A stretch of 42,150 nt of DNA from an uncultured delta proteobacterium. Lineage in GTDB: Bacteria > Myxococcota > Myxococcia > Myxococcales > 40CM-4-68-19. The position numbers were made by a program, and so were the translations under genes. The stretch lies in assembly GCA_903911145.1 (NCBI GenBank), contig CAIWCD010000008.1:1-42150 (forward strand), read 5' to 3'. Below, one piece after another: positions 32,318 through 41,962 of the stretch. Below the pieces are notes generated by a model. That model searched no databases, was not told the origin of the DNA, and saw only the letters and a program-made list of their open reading frames with translations. Each line of letters starts with the position of its first letter. Position 1 is the first letter of the stretch.

Positions 32318-34897
32318 TCAGAGCCCGGCGCGTGCGCGAAGCCAGGTCTTAAGCTCGATGCCCAGACGCTCCCGCAGAGCGACGTCCATCCGCATCCGCT
32401 CGAGTGTCTGCGCGATCGCCTGCTTGGCTCCCTCGACCGGATGCTCGCGGAGAAACAGCTCGACCGCCGTGAGGTGGCGCCGCTCCGGCAGACTGCCGAG
32501 CGCCTCGAAAATCCGGCGCAGGAGCATCGGCGAGTCACCCTTCTTATGCACCTCGTCCCAGCGCTCGCGAATGAGCGTGAAGGTAAGTTCGCGTGCCGCG
32601 CGATTGCCCAGCAGAGTGCCGAGGTAGGCCGCAAAGTCCTGCATCTGCACTGCATCGGTAAGCGCGAGATCGACCGCCTGCTGCACCAGATCCTTGCGCT
32701 CGACCATCGCGAGCGCGAGCAGGTAGCGACGCCGCGCGGCCGGATCGATCTCCGTCTTCGCACGGGCACGGAGCAGATCGAAGCGCGCCTGGTCCGCACT
32801 GCGCGCGGCCGCGGCCATCACGACGTCGAGCAGGTTCGGATCGACCTGGTGCGCGTGCGTGCCGAGCGCCGCGCGGAAGAGATCATCGACCATCTCGAGG
32901 GTGTGCGGATCGCGCGCCACCAGAGCCAGCGCGCGCATCACCGCCGCGCGCTGCAGCTTGCGCTCGTCGCTCTCTCCTTCACGCGGGAACCAGCCGAGCT
33001 CGCCGCCCTGCGCCGCGAAGATGCGGCTGACGAACGAGTGGAACATCGGCCGATCGTCATCGAGCAACGCGCGGTGCTCGAGCCACGAAAGACGCGCGAC
33101 CACCTCGTCGAGCACGACGTGATCCTCCTCTTTGCCCTGCCCCTTCATCAGCGTGAGGAACGGCGTCAGCGCGCCTCGCCCCGAGCGCACGAGCGCCCAC
33201 TGATCGGAGACGAGACCCATCCGCTCCGCGGGAGAGAGGTCGGGAAGGATCGCGATCAGCCGCCGAAGCTGCTCCTCCTCGTACTGCACGCGATAGAAAC
33301 CGGTCGCATCGACATTGGCGACGATCCAGTCGATCGGCCCGCCGCCAGGGCGACCGAGCTCGATCTTCTGCACGTCCTCGTTGACCAGCACCGCGAGCGT
33401 CCGCACGCCGAGGCGATCCGCGAAGCGAAGGACCATCGGAATCATCCACGTCGTCGCAGGGCCCTTCTCGAGCGCCGTCGGATCCGAGAAGAAGCGCGAC
33501 TGGCGAACCTTGGCCCACCCGTCCTTCTCGCTCAGCTCGACGATCGGATAGCCGACCTGCTTGATCCAACCGTTGGCGACCTGCTGGATCGGCAAGCCCC
33601 CGCTCGACTCCGCGAGTGCGCTCCAGAGGTCGTCGGCAGTCGCGTTGCGCTCGCGGTGGTAGCGCATGTAGCCGCGGATGCCGTCGCGGAAGCGCTCCTC
33701 GCCGAGCCACGCTTCGATCATGCGCAAAATCGCGCCGCCCTTCTCGTACGTGATGACATCGAACGCCTCGCCCGCCTCCTGCGCGTTCTTGATCTCTGCG
33801 CGAATCGGATGGCTCGACTGCAGCGCATCGAGATGGAGCGCTGCGCCTTTGCCCGTCTCGAAATCCATCCAGACGCGCCAGTCGGGCTTCCACGCATCGA
33901 CGATCTTGTAGGCCATCCAGGTCGCGAAGGCCTCGTTGAGCCAGAGGTCATCCCACCAGACCATCGTCACGAGATTTCCGAACCACTGGTGCGCAAGTTC
34001 GTGCGTGATCACCTCGGCCGCGCGCTTCTGCACGGAGAGCGGCGCGGTCTTCCCGTCGAGCAGGAGAACCACTTCGCGGAACGTGATGCAGCCGGCGTTC
34101 TCCATCGCGCCCGCCTCGAACTCGGGCACGCCGATCTGGTCGAGCTTTCCGTACGCGTAGGGTTGCCCGAAGTAGTTTTCAAGCAGCGGCAGCACAGCCG
34201 CGGCGCACTCCTGCGCGAAGGCCGTGAGATGCGATTTCGCCGGAACAGACCAGGTGCGAATCGGGATCTTGCTCGCGACGATCTGCTCGCTCGCAGCCAG
34301 TTCGCCGATGCAGAGCGCGATGAGATAGCTCGACAAGGGCGGCGTCTCCGCGAAGACGATCTGCCGCTCGCCCGCCTTCGCGCCAGCCGCGACCTCGTCC
34401 TTGATGATCTTCCCGTTCGAGATCGCCGCCGCGCCCTTCGGCACGTCGAGCAGAGAGAGATTCCAGCGCGCCTTGAACTCCGGCTCGTCGAAGCAGGGGA
34501 AGACGCGGCGAGCATCGGCCGCCTCGAACTGCGTGACGGCAGTGGGACCGGCGCGATAGAGCCCGCGCAGACCGGGCGAGAACTTTCCGTTCCACGCGAG
34601 ATCGAGCGTGACCTTGCCCGCAGGAAGCTCTTCCGCGAACGAGAGCGTCACCGTCTCGCTCTCGACATCGATCGTGCTCTCGGCCTTGACCGCCTTGCCT
34701 CCCGCGAGACGTGCGCGCGCACGCTGCAGATTCAGCTCGATGGCGTGCAGCACGATCTCCCGCCGCGGCTTCGCCAGTTCGATTTCCAGCTCGAGGCGCC
34801 CTTCAAACAGCCCCGCCTTCAGATCGGGCGCGAGGTGCGCGTTGTAGCGATGCGGCTTGACGTCGAGGGGCAGGCGGAAATTCTTGCCGAGCGCCAT
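32318..34897 (-). CDS. M1 family aminopeptidase (puromycin-sensitive/ERAP-like)
   Basis: TQFEAADARRVFPCFDEP, GAMEN, HELAHQWFGNLVT...WLNEAFA, YEKG; start ATG 34897. Confidence 0.95.
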   Translation of the reverse strand: MALGKNFRLPLDVKPHRYNAHLAPDLKAGLFEGRLELEIELAKPRREIVLHAIELNLQRARARLAGGKAVKAESTIDVESETVTLSFAEELPAGKVTLDLAWNGKFSPGLRGLYRAGPTAVTQFEAADARRVFPCFDEPEFKARWNLSLLDVPKGAAAISNGKIIKDEVAAGAKAGERQIVFAETPPLSSYLIALCIGELAASEQIVASKIPIRTWSVPAKSHLTAFAQECAAAVLPLLENYFGQPYAYGKLDQIGVPEFEAGAMENAGCITFREVVLLLDGKTAPLSVQKRAAEVITHELAHQWFGNLVTMVWWDDLWLNEAFATWMAYKIVDAWKPDWRVWMDFETGKGAALHLDALQSSHPIRAEIKNAQEAGEAFDVITYEKGGAILRMIEAWLGEERFRDGIRGYMRYHRERNATADDLWSALAESSGGLPIQQVANGWIKQVGYPIVELSEKDGWAKVRQSRFFSDPTALEKGPATTWMIPMVLRFADRLGVRTLAVLVNEDVQKIELGRPGGGPIDWIVANVDATGFYRVQYEEEQLRRLIAILPDLSPAERMGLVSDQWALVRSGRGALTPFLTLMKGQGKEEDHVVLDEVVARLSWLEHRALLDDDRPMFHSFVSRIFAAQGGELGWFPREGESDERKLQRAAVMRALALVARDPHTLEMVDDLFRAALGTHAHQVDPNLLDVVMAAAARSADQARFDLLRARAKTEIDPAARRRYLLALAMVERKDLVQQAVDLALTDAVQMQDFAAYLGTLLGNRAARELTFTLIRERWDEVHKKGDSPMLLRRIFEALGSLPERRHLTAVELFLREHPVEGAKQAIAQTLERMRMDVALRERLGIELKTWLRARAGL

Positions 34898-35004
34898 GAG
34901 CGATCTCCGAGGAAAAATGGATCCGGGACCGTACTCGATCTCTCGACGCACGCGCGCCTGTTCTTCGCTGGCCGCTCCCTGTGCAATCGCCGATCGTGCC
35001 GCGC

Positions 35005-35550
35005 ATGCCCATCGACGACGAGCGCGCATTCCAGATCGTCCGCACCGCCATCTCGCGCACCCGTCGCGGCTTGCTCATCGTCGGTCTCGGCATGCTCGCA
35101 TTCGGGGGCCTCTTCGCGTCCATGCTGGTCCGGCCGGACGCGGTCGGCATCGCTCCGGGCATCGGGGGCTTACTGATCATCGGCAGCTTCGCGCTGTTCT
35201 TCGGCCTGATCGGTGGCGCGATGTGCTGGACCGCGCTGGTCAAGCAGCGTCCCGATCGCGCGCCTCTGATGATTGCATTGCGCAACCGTCCCGAACTCGT
35301 CGTCTGGATCTACGCGCAGGACGTCGAGGTGATCGTCGAAGGGATCCGCGCCCCCGTGGGCGACCGCAACGTGATCGCCAAGTTCGCGGACGGGAGCACC
35401 ATCGCGCTGACCGTCAAGAAGGAGCAGGCCGATGAGCTGCTCGCGGCGCTCGCACAGTTGGCGACCGACGCGACCACGGGATTCACGCCCGAGCGCGAGG
35501 AGCAGTTCAACAAGGAGCCACGTTCGCTCGCGCGCTCGATGCAGACGTGA
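35005..35550 (+). CDS. Hypothetical membrane protein
   Basis: Two N-terminal TM helices, then a soluble domain; GC-rich third codon positions. Confidence 0.65.
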   Translation: MPIDDERAFQIVRTAISRTRRGLLIVGLGMLAFGGLFASMLVRPDAVGIAPGIGGLLIIGSFALFFGLIGGAMCWTALVKQRPDRAPLMIALRNRPELVVWIYAQDVEVIVEGIRAPVGDRNVIAKFADGSTIALTVKKEQADELLAALAQLATDATTGFTPEREEQFNKEPRSLARSMQT

Positions 35551-35595
35551 TCACGGCGGACCGCTCTGGGAGCGGTCGCGCGCGAACTTCCGGAC

Positions 35596-38460
35596 TCAGC
35601 TCAGCGCCTGATCCACCAGCAACTGCTGCTCGAACTTGTGGCTCGCCGTGCTCCCCGTCGCGGGGCTCGCGCTCTCCATGCGTGCCACGCAGGAAGGCTT
35701 CATCGCCGCCAGCGACTGCGGCCAGCGCGCACTGAGGAAATACCAGGCGCCCATGTTCCACGGCTCTTCCTGCACCCAGACGAGCGACGTGCCCGGCTTG
35801 TAGGGCGCAAGCGCTTTGAGCAGATCCGCCTCGGGCAGCGGATAGAGCTCCTCGAGACGGATGATCGCGACGTCCTGGACCTTCTTCGCTTCGCGCGCCG
35901 CGTGCAGATCGTAATAGACCTTGCCCGAGCAGAGCAGGACCTTGCGGACGCTCGCCGGCGAAACCTCCGCGTCGGGAATCACGCGCTGGAAGCCACCTTC
36001 CGAAAGATCGAGCAGCGTCGAGACCGCCTGTTTGTGACGCAGCAGACTCTTCGGCGTCATCACGATCAGCGGCTTCCTCCACGGCCGCACGATCTGCCGA
36101 CGGAGCGCGTGGAAGATCTGCGCGGGCGTGGTCAGATTGCAGACCTGCATGTTGTCCTCGGCGCAGAGCTGCAGGAAGCGCTCGAGGCGCGCCGAGCTGT
36201 GCTCCGGTCCCTGCCCTTCAAACCCGTGCGGGAGCAGCATCACCAGACCAGACAAGCGCATCCACTTGTCTTCGGCCGAGGAGATGAACTGGTCGATGAC
36301 GACCTGCGCGCAGTTGACGAAGTCGCCGAACTGGGCTTCCCAGATGGTCAGCCACTCGGGCGTGTCGAGAGAGAAGCCGTAGTCGAAGCCGACGACCGCC
36401 GACTCCGAGAGCGGGCTGTCGAAGATGTCGAAGCGCGCGCCGTTGGTGCCGACGTTCGTGAGCGGGACGAAACGCTTGCCCGTCTTCATGTCGGTGAGCG
36501 CGGCGTGACGATGGCTGAAGGTTCCGCGGCGCGCGTCCTGTCCGCTGAATCGAATCGACGCGCCATGGTTGAGCAGCGATGCGAACGCGAGGTGCTCGCC
36601 GACGCCCCAATCAAACGGCGTCTTCTCGCCACCGGGCTCGGCGAGGCGCGCACGCATCTGCAGCATCGCCGTGATCTTCTCGTGCGCCGCGAACCCATCC
36701 GGCACTCGTGAAATCCCGAGAAGAAGCTCGCGCAGCTTCTCGAGCGGCACCGCCGTCGAGAGGTCCGGGACCGTCCCTTGCGGCCCGCCTTTGTAGTGCG
36801 ACCAGAGGCCGCTCATCGCCGAGTAGACCCGCTTCGCGCCCGTCGAGCGCGTATGGTCGAGCTCCGCCTCGAGCTTCTCCTGCGCGCGCGCCACCAGCGC
36901 GTTCGCCTCCGCCTCGGTGACCGCGCCTTCGCGCACCAGCGCCCGCGCGTAGATCGATCGCGGCGGCTCCTTCTTGCGAATCACCTCGTACATCAGCGGC
37001 TGCGTGAAGCCGGGCTCGTCCTGCTCGTTGTGCCCCCACTTGCGATAGCAGACGAGGTCGATGAACACGTCCTGCTGGAAGGTCTGGCGGAACTCGACCG
37101 CGAGTTTCACCGTCCAGATCACCGCCTCGGGATCCTCGCCGTTGACGTGGAACACCGGCACACGCAGAGCGCGCGCGAGGTCGGTGCAGTAGGGCGTCGA
37201 GCGATCATCCTCGGGGTTCGTCGTGAAGCCGATCTGGTTGTTGACGACGATGTGCAGCGTGCCGCCCGTGCGGTAGCCCTCGAGGTTGGCGAAGTTGAGC
37301 GTCTCCGCGACCGGCCCCTGCCCTGCGAACGCGGCGTCGCCATGGATGAGCACGGGCGCCACCTGAAGCCGCGCCGAATCGCGCGCGAGCCTGTCCTGCT
37401 TGGCCCGCACGCGCCCCTCGACGACCGGGTTGACGATCTCGAGATGGCTCGGATTGAACGCGAGCGAGAGGTGCACCTTCTTGCCGGCCCGCGTGGTCCG
37501 GTCGCTCGAGTAGCCCATGTGGTACTTCACGTCGCCGCGGCCGATCAGCTCCTGCGCGTCGCGATCCTCGAACTCGGTGAAGATCTCGCCCGTCCTCTTG
37601 CCGAGGATGTTCGCGAGCACGTTGAGACGCCCGCGGTGCGCCATGCCGAGCACGATCTCCTCGACGCCACGTGCGCTGGCCTCTTCGATCAGCCAGTCCA
37701 TCGCCGGGATCAGGCTCTCGCCGCCCTCGAGGGAGAAGCGCTTGTAGGCGCCGAAGCGCTTGTGCAGAAACGTCTCAAGCGTCTCGCCGTCGGTGAGCCG
37801 CTCGAGGATGCGCGTTTTCTCCTCGCGCGAGAGCGAAACCTGGTTCTGCGCGGGCTCCATTCGCTCCTGCAGCCAGTGGCGGATCGCCGGCTCGTCGCAG
37901 TGCATGTACTCGACGCCGATCGAGCCGCAGTAGGTCCGCTTGAGCCGCGCGATCAGTTCGCGCAGAGGGATCTCCCCGAGCTGCGGAATGTCTCCTGTCG
38001 CAAAGCTCTGGTCGAGATCCTGCTCGGTGAGACCGAACTGCGCGAGCGTCAGTTCGTCACCTGGCGGCGGAACGCGCACGCCGAGCGGATCGATCTGCGC
38101 GGAGAGATGGCCGCGCGAACGATAGGCCTCGATGAGATCCGAGACGCCCTGCATCGTCGTCGCTGCGCGCTCGCCCTGGCGCAGCTCGTTGGAGGAGACG
38201 AGCGGCCGCGCGCCGACACTCTGCGTCGGCGGAGGAATCGAGAGACCGCGCAGGTCGAACGCCTGCGGGAGAGGATGAACGCCGTTCGTCTCTCGGGGCG
38301 CGCCGTTGCCGTTCACGCCCCGCGCGTGAAACGTCCCGCCCGACAGCTGTGTGAAGTAGCGATCCCACTCTTCGTCGACGGCGATCGGGTTCTGCCGCCA
38401 CGCTTGGTAGAGATCCTCGACGAAGACCTGGTTGATGCCGAAATCGCGATCGAAGTCCAT
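35596..38460 (-). CDS. sucA: 2-oxoglutarate dehydrogenase E1 component
   Basis: KRFSLEGGE, GMAHRGRLN, GDVKYH, NPSHLE, HGDAAFAGQG, GHNEQDEP, WEAQFGDF, GPEHSSARLERFLQ, WVQEEP. Start ATG 38460 (or 38478). Confidence 0.97.
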   Translation of the reverse strand: MDFDRDFGINQVFVEDLYQAWRQNPIAVDEEWDRYFTQLSGGTFHARGVNGNGAPRETNGVHPLPQAFDLRGLSIPPPTQSVGARPLVSSNELRQGERAATTMQGVSDLIEAYRSRGHLSAQIDPLGVRVPPPGDELTLAQFGLTEQDLDQSFATGDIPQLGEIPLRELIARLKRTYCGSIGVEYMHCDEPAIRHWLQERMEPAQNQVSLSREEKTRILERLTDGETLETFLHKRFGAYKRFSLEGGESLIPAMDWLIEEASARGVEEIVLGMAHRGRLNVLANILGKRTGEIFTEFEDRDAQELIGRGDVKYHMGYSSDRTTRAGKKVHLSLAFNPSHLEIVNPVVEGRVRAKQDRLARDSARLQVAPVLIHGDAAFAGQGPVAETLNFANLEGYRTGGTLHIVVNNQIGFTTNPEDDRSTPYCTDLARALRVPVFHVNGEDPEAVIWTVKLAVEFRQTFQQDVFIDLVCYRKWGHNEQDEPGFTQPLMYEVIRKKEPPRSIYARALVREGAVTEAEANALVARAQEKLEAELDHTRSTGAKRVYSAMSGLWSHYKGGPQGTVPDLSTAVPLEKLRELLLGISRVPDGFAAHEKITAMLQMRARLAEPGGEKTPFDWGVGEHLAFASLLNHGASIRFSGQDARRGTFSHRHAALTDMKTGKRFVPLTNVGTNGARFDIFDSPLSESAVVGFDYGFSLDTPEWLTIWEAQFGDFVNCAQVVIDQFISSAEDKWMRLSGLVMLLPHGFEGQGPEHSSARLERFLQLCAEDNMQVCNLTTPAQIFHALRRQIVRPWRKPLIVMTPKSLLRHKQAVSTLLDLSEGGFQRVIPDAEVSPASVRKVLLCSGKVYYDLHAAREAKKVQDVAIIRLEELYPLPEADLLKALAPYKPGTSLVWVQEEPWNMGAWYFLSARWPQSLAAMKPSCVARMESASPATGSTASHKFEQQLLVDQALS

Positions 38461-38633
38461 GTTGCCTTTGTCGCCCATCCTGCGGACGGGCCGCTCTCGC
38501 CCCCGCGAAAATTCTGCAGGGCGCGGAAGATAACGGACAGGGGGGGGTCCGGGCCACTTCTGATGAACGCATGGCTTCCCTGGACGGGACCTTGTGTGGC
38601 AAGACCGCTCCCGAGAATGGCGCTTGAGCCTCT

Positions 38634-38717
38634 GGGGTCGTGGCGGAATTGGTAGACGCGCGGGACTTAAAATCCCTTTCCCGAAAGGGAGTCCGGGTTC
38701 GATTCCCGGCGACCCCA
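38634..38717 (+). tRNA. tRNA-Leu (anticodon UAA); CCA not encoded
   Basis: Acceptor stem GGGGTCG/CGACCCC plus discriminator A; D-arm GCGGAATTGGTAGACGC; anticodon loop CTTAAAA; long variable arm TCCCGAAAGGGA; T-loop GGTTCGATTCC. Confidence 0.95.
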
Positions 38718-38834
38718 CTCTGTTTTTTTCTTCGATCGCCACAAACCGGTTGTTGCGGAAGCTGCGTGGGCGTAATCTGCACCGGCTAGCCGGTTACTCC
38801 CGCAGAGTTGCTTCCTTTCGTCGCTGAGGCGCGT

Positions 38835-41800
38835 TTGGCCGAATCCGCCAGACTGGTCCCAAACTGCAAGGTGACGGTCGACGGCCAGGCCCTCGACCCG
38901 GCGCTGCAGGCCGGTCTGGTCCACCTCTCGGTCGACCTCGACTCGGATCTGTTTGCGCAGACGACGCTGCTCTTCGCCGATCCGCAGATGAAGCTGATGG
39001 GCGGCGACACCTTCGCGTGCGGCGCGACGGTCAAGATCCGCCTCGGCTACGGCGCCAATCTCGAGACCCTCTTTGACGGCGAGGTCGTCCGCCTCGAGTC
39101 GCAGTTCCGCAAGGACCAGCCGATCGCGCTCCAGATTGTCTGCCAGGAGCCGCTGCACCGGCTCGCGCTTTCGCAGTCGACTCGCTCGCTCAACAACGTC
39201 GACGTCTCGGAAGTGGTCAAGCAGATCGCGCAGGACCACGGCTTCTCCTCGGACGCGCCGAGCGGCACCAAGCAGCACATCATGCAGGGCAACGTCACCG
39301 ATGCCGTGATGCTGCGGCGCCTCGGGTCGCGCCTCGGCATGCGCGTGCGCGTCGAGGGCAAGAAGTTGATCATGGGGCCGCCGCCGAGCACGCAGTCGAT
39401 CGCGCTCGCGATGTCCGACGGGATCCGCAAGATCAAGGTTCGCGTCAAGTCGGGCGGGCAGATCAGCGAGATCGCCGTCCACGGCTGGGATCCGGCGAAC
39501 AAGCGCGACGTGGTCGGCAAGGCCAAGGCTCCCTCGGGAGACGTCGGAAAGGGCGCCAAGGATCACGGCGACGGCGCGAGCCTCGCGGACTCGAGCGGCG
39601 ACAATCTCCCGCCTGACGTCTCGACGGCCGAATCGATGGCCAAGGGCCGCATGCAGAAGATGGCCGAGGGGTTCATCAAGTCGCAGACCGACATGATCGG
39701 CGACCCGCGGATGGTGCCCGGCCAGACCTTCGACTTCGACAAGTTCGGGCCCAACATCGACGGGACCTGGCGCATCGAGCGGGCGCTGCACGACTTCAGC
39801 CGGCGCGGATATTTCGTCAAGATGGAGGCGGTTCGCGTCTCGGCGAAGAAGCCGCAACCGCCCGCGGCGCCGGTCAAGAAGAACGAGAAGAAGGAGGACA
39901 AGGACGGGCAGCTGGTGCGACCGCGCTGGAAGCGGCGCGACAGCGGGCAGAACGACGTCGCCGACATGGCGGTCGATGCCTCGAAGGCGCTCGACGGCAA
40001 GTCGGTCAAGTTCACGCTCGAGACGAAGGTCAATGGCAAGTGGAAGCAGGTCGCCGAGGCGCAAGGTTCGGTGAACTCCGGAACCGCCACCGCGACAGCC
40101 AACCTCGACAAGCTCGACGCCAGCGACTTCTCCAATCCCAAGTGGACGGCGGCGAAGAAGTCGGCGCACACGCACGGCGACTCGGGCGAAGTTTCGATGA
40201 AGGCGAAGGCCAAGGACGGCACGCAGGTCCGCATCATCCTCGAGCAGCAGAACGGCACAGGCTGGGAGCGGGTCGCGCAGAAGATTGCAAGCGTCAGCGG
40301 AGGCGAGGTCAAGGCCGCGTTCACGCTCACGCATCCGTTTGAGGCCGAGGCGAACAAGCCGGACAACAAGCTGCTCAAGCTGCCGACCTGGACGGCCCAT
40401 CCTTCTGCTCACGGCTCGAGCGGCACGCTCCAGGTCCGCGCGCCGGGCCTGCCCGATGGCCGGATGGTCCAGTTCGACGTCGAGAGCCAGGGCGCAGACG
40501 GCAAGTGGAAGCTCGTGCGCTCGGTGCAGGGCAAAGTCGATCATGGCACCGCGACCGTCTCGCTGCCGGACTTGCGGCACCCCGCGAACAACGCGCAGCC
40601 TGCACACGCCGACGTGCTGAAGAATCCGCTTTGGGACAAGAGCGATCTCTCGCACGGCGATGCGGGCAAGTTCAGCGTCGAGGCGCCCGACCTTGATGGT
40701 CGGACTGTGGCGTTCATCCTCGAGCGCAACGACAACAACCAGTGGGTCCAACTCCTGCGCACGATGGCGAAGGTCGCGGGAGGGAAGGCCTCGGCGACTG
40801 CCTCGATCTCGCATCCGACCACTGTGGCGCGCGGCGCGAATGCAGAGGGCGCGACCGAACGGCCCAGGTTGACCAATCCTCGCTGGGGCAGCAAGGCACT
40901 GTTCCACGGCAATCAGGTGAAGGCGCTCGTGGATGCCGCCGGGCTTGATGGGGCGACCGTGCAGTTCCTCGTCGAGCGGCTTGAGGAAGGCGGTTGGCTC
41001 GAGGCCGGACGCGGGACGGCGCCCGTGGTGAGCGGCAAAGCGGTTGGCCTGATCACGGTGCAGCATCCCGGCGCAGATGCGTCGCTGCGCAAGTTCCGCT
41101 TCCGCTCATCCGTGATTGCGAATCCTGGCGAAGCGCTCGAAGCGCCGCTCGATGCGAAGTACGACGAGGAGACCGGAAGCGTCACCGCAACCACCGTTGG
41201 AGCCAACAACGGCCGCACCGTCCGCTTCACGCTCGAAGAACAAAAGGCGACCGGATGGAGCACCGTCGGGTCTGCGATCGGCAAGGTCGCCAAGGGTATC
41301 GCGCGCGCGAAACTTCCGGTGCACCACAAGGCGGGCGCGAAGCTCTCCTCTCCGCGGTGGGGCAAGGGCGATCTCGCGCACGGAGACAAGGCCGAGCTGA
41401 TCGTCGATGCGCGTGGGCTCAATGGGCACCGCGTGACGTTCTCGCTGGAGAAGTTCGCGAACCAGCAGTGGACGTCGATCGGAACGGCCGTGGCTACCGT
41501 GGTCGGCGGAACGGCGACGGGCAAGATCACGGTTCGGCACAGCGACCCAACGACACCGCGAAGCAAGCTGCGTTTCTCTGCCGCGCTCGCGAACCCGCCG
41601 CAGATTCGTGCGCGTGCCGAGCTGGTCGCGGACACCGATGCTCGCAGCGTTCGCTTCCGCGCCGAGCTGGTTCCCGATCACACGAAGCAGAAACTGCGCT
41701 TCACCGCCAAGCCCGTGCCGGACCTGAACGGGACCCGCATGCGCTTCCGCGGCGAGGTTCCGGTGCCGCTCGATCCTGCGCTCACCCGGATGCGCGCGAG

Positions 41801-41855
41801 CGTAGTCGGTGGCGGCGCAGACGATGTGCAGGCCGGCGGCGCAAGTTCGAGCTGA
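38835..41855 (+). CDS. Phage late-control D / gp27-like hub (VgrG N-terminal-like) protein with seven C-terminal beta-rich repeats
   Basis: Probable TTG start at 38835 after GAGG (ORF track starts at 38808). TLFDGEVVRLE, LHRL, QGNVTDAVMLRRLG, VHGWDP, GDPRMVPG and DGTWRIERALHDFSRRGY match the hub motifs of the left-end gene. Repeats begin at 39912. Confidence 0.85.
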   Translation: MAESARLVPNCKVTVDGQALDPALQAGLVHLSVDLDSDLFAQTTLLFADPQMKLMGGDTFACGATVKIRLGYGANLETLFDGEVVRLESQFRKDQPIALQIVCQEPLHRLALSQSTRSLNNVDVSEVVKQIAQDHGFSSDAPSGTKQHIMQGNVTDAVMLRRLGSRLGMRVRVEGKKLIMGPPPSTQSIALAMSDGIRKIKVRVKSGGQISEIAVHGWDPANKRDVVGKAKAPSGDVGKGAKDHGDGASLADSSGDNLPPDVSTAESMAKGRMQKMAEGFIKSQTDMIGDPRMVPGQTFDFDKFGPNIDGTWRIERALHDFSRRGYFVKMEAVRVSAKKPQPPAAPVKKNEKKEDKDGQLVRPRWKRRDSGQNDVADMAVDASKALDGKSVKFTLETKVNGKWKQVAEAQGSVNSGTATATANLDKLDASDFSNPKWTAAKKSAHTHGDSGEVSMKAKAKDGTQVRIILEQQNGTGWERVAQKIASVSGGEVKAAFTLTHPFEAEANKPDNKLLKLPTWTAHPSAHGSSGTLQVRAPGLPDGRMVQFDVESQGADGKWKLVRSVQGKVDHGTATVSLPDLRHPANNAQPAHADVLKNPLWDKSDLSHGDAGKFSVEAPDLDGRTVAFILERNDNNQWVQLLRTMAKVAGGKASATASISHPTTVARGANAEGATERPRLTNPRWGSKALFHGNQVKALVDAAGLDGATVQFLVERLEEGGWLEAGRGTAPVVSGKAVGLITVQHPGADASLRKFRFRSSVIANPGEALEAPLDAKYDEETGSVTATTVGANNGRTVRFTLEEQKATGWSTVGSAIGKVAKGIARAKLPVHHKAGAKLSSPRWGKGDLAHGDKAELIVDARGLNGHRVTFSLEKFANQQWTSIGTAVATVVGGTATGKITVRHSDPTTPRSKLRFSAALANPPQIRARAELVADTDARSVRFRAELVPDHTKQKLRFTAKPVPDLNGTRMRFRGEVPVPLDPALTRMRASVVGGGADDVQAGGASSS

Positions 41856-41962
41856 CGACGGAGCCAGAAGGCTCTGCGCCAGACGACCTGGACGGGCGGC
41901 GCGCACAAAGCTGACAGCGCGCGTAGGGAATCGCGAAGTGAGCAGCACGCAAGGAGATGGCG

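Noticed and set aside
38461..38742. N-terminal extension of SucA in the ORF track (similar upstream extensions on ligA, fusA, the LptF/G gene, mrpB and the aminopeptidase)
   Set aside because: The extensions overlap the tRNA or neighbouring genes and precede the conserved N-termini; downstream starts are more plausible.
32204..41066. Long opposite-strand ORFs (32204-35176 +, 36778-38655 +, 38667-41066 -; likewise 2214-4070 + and 20963-22771 -)
   Set aside because: Shadow ORFs typical of high-GC codon bias, lying opposite well-supported genes and lacking motifs.
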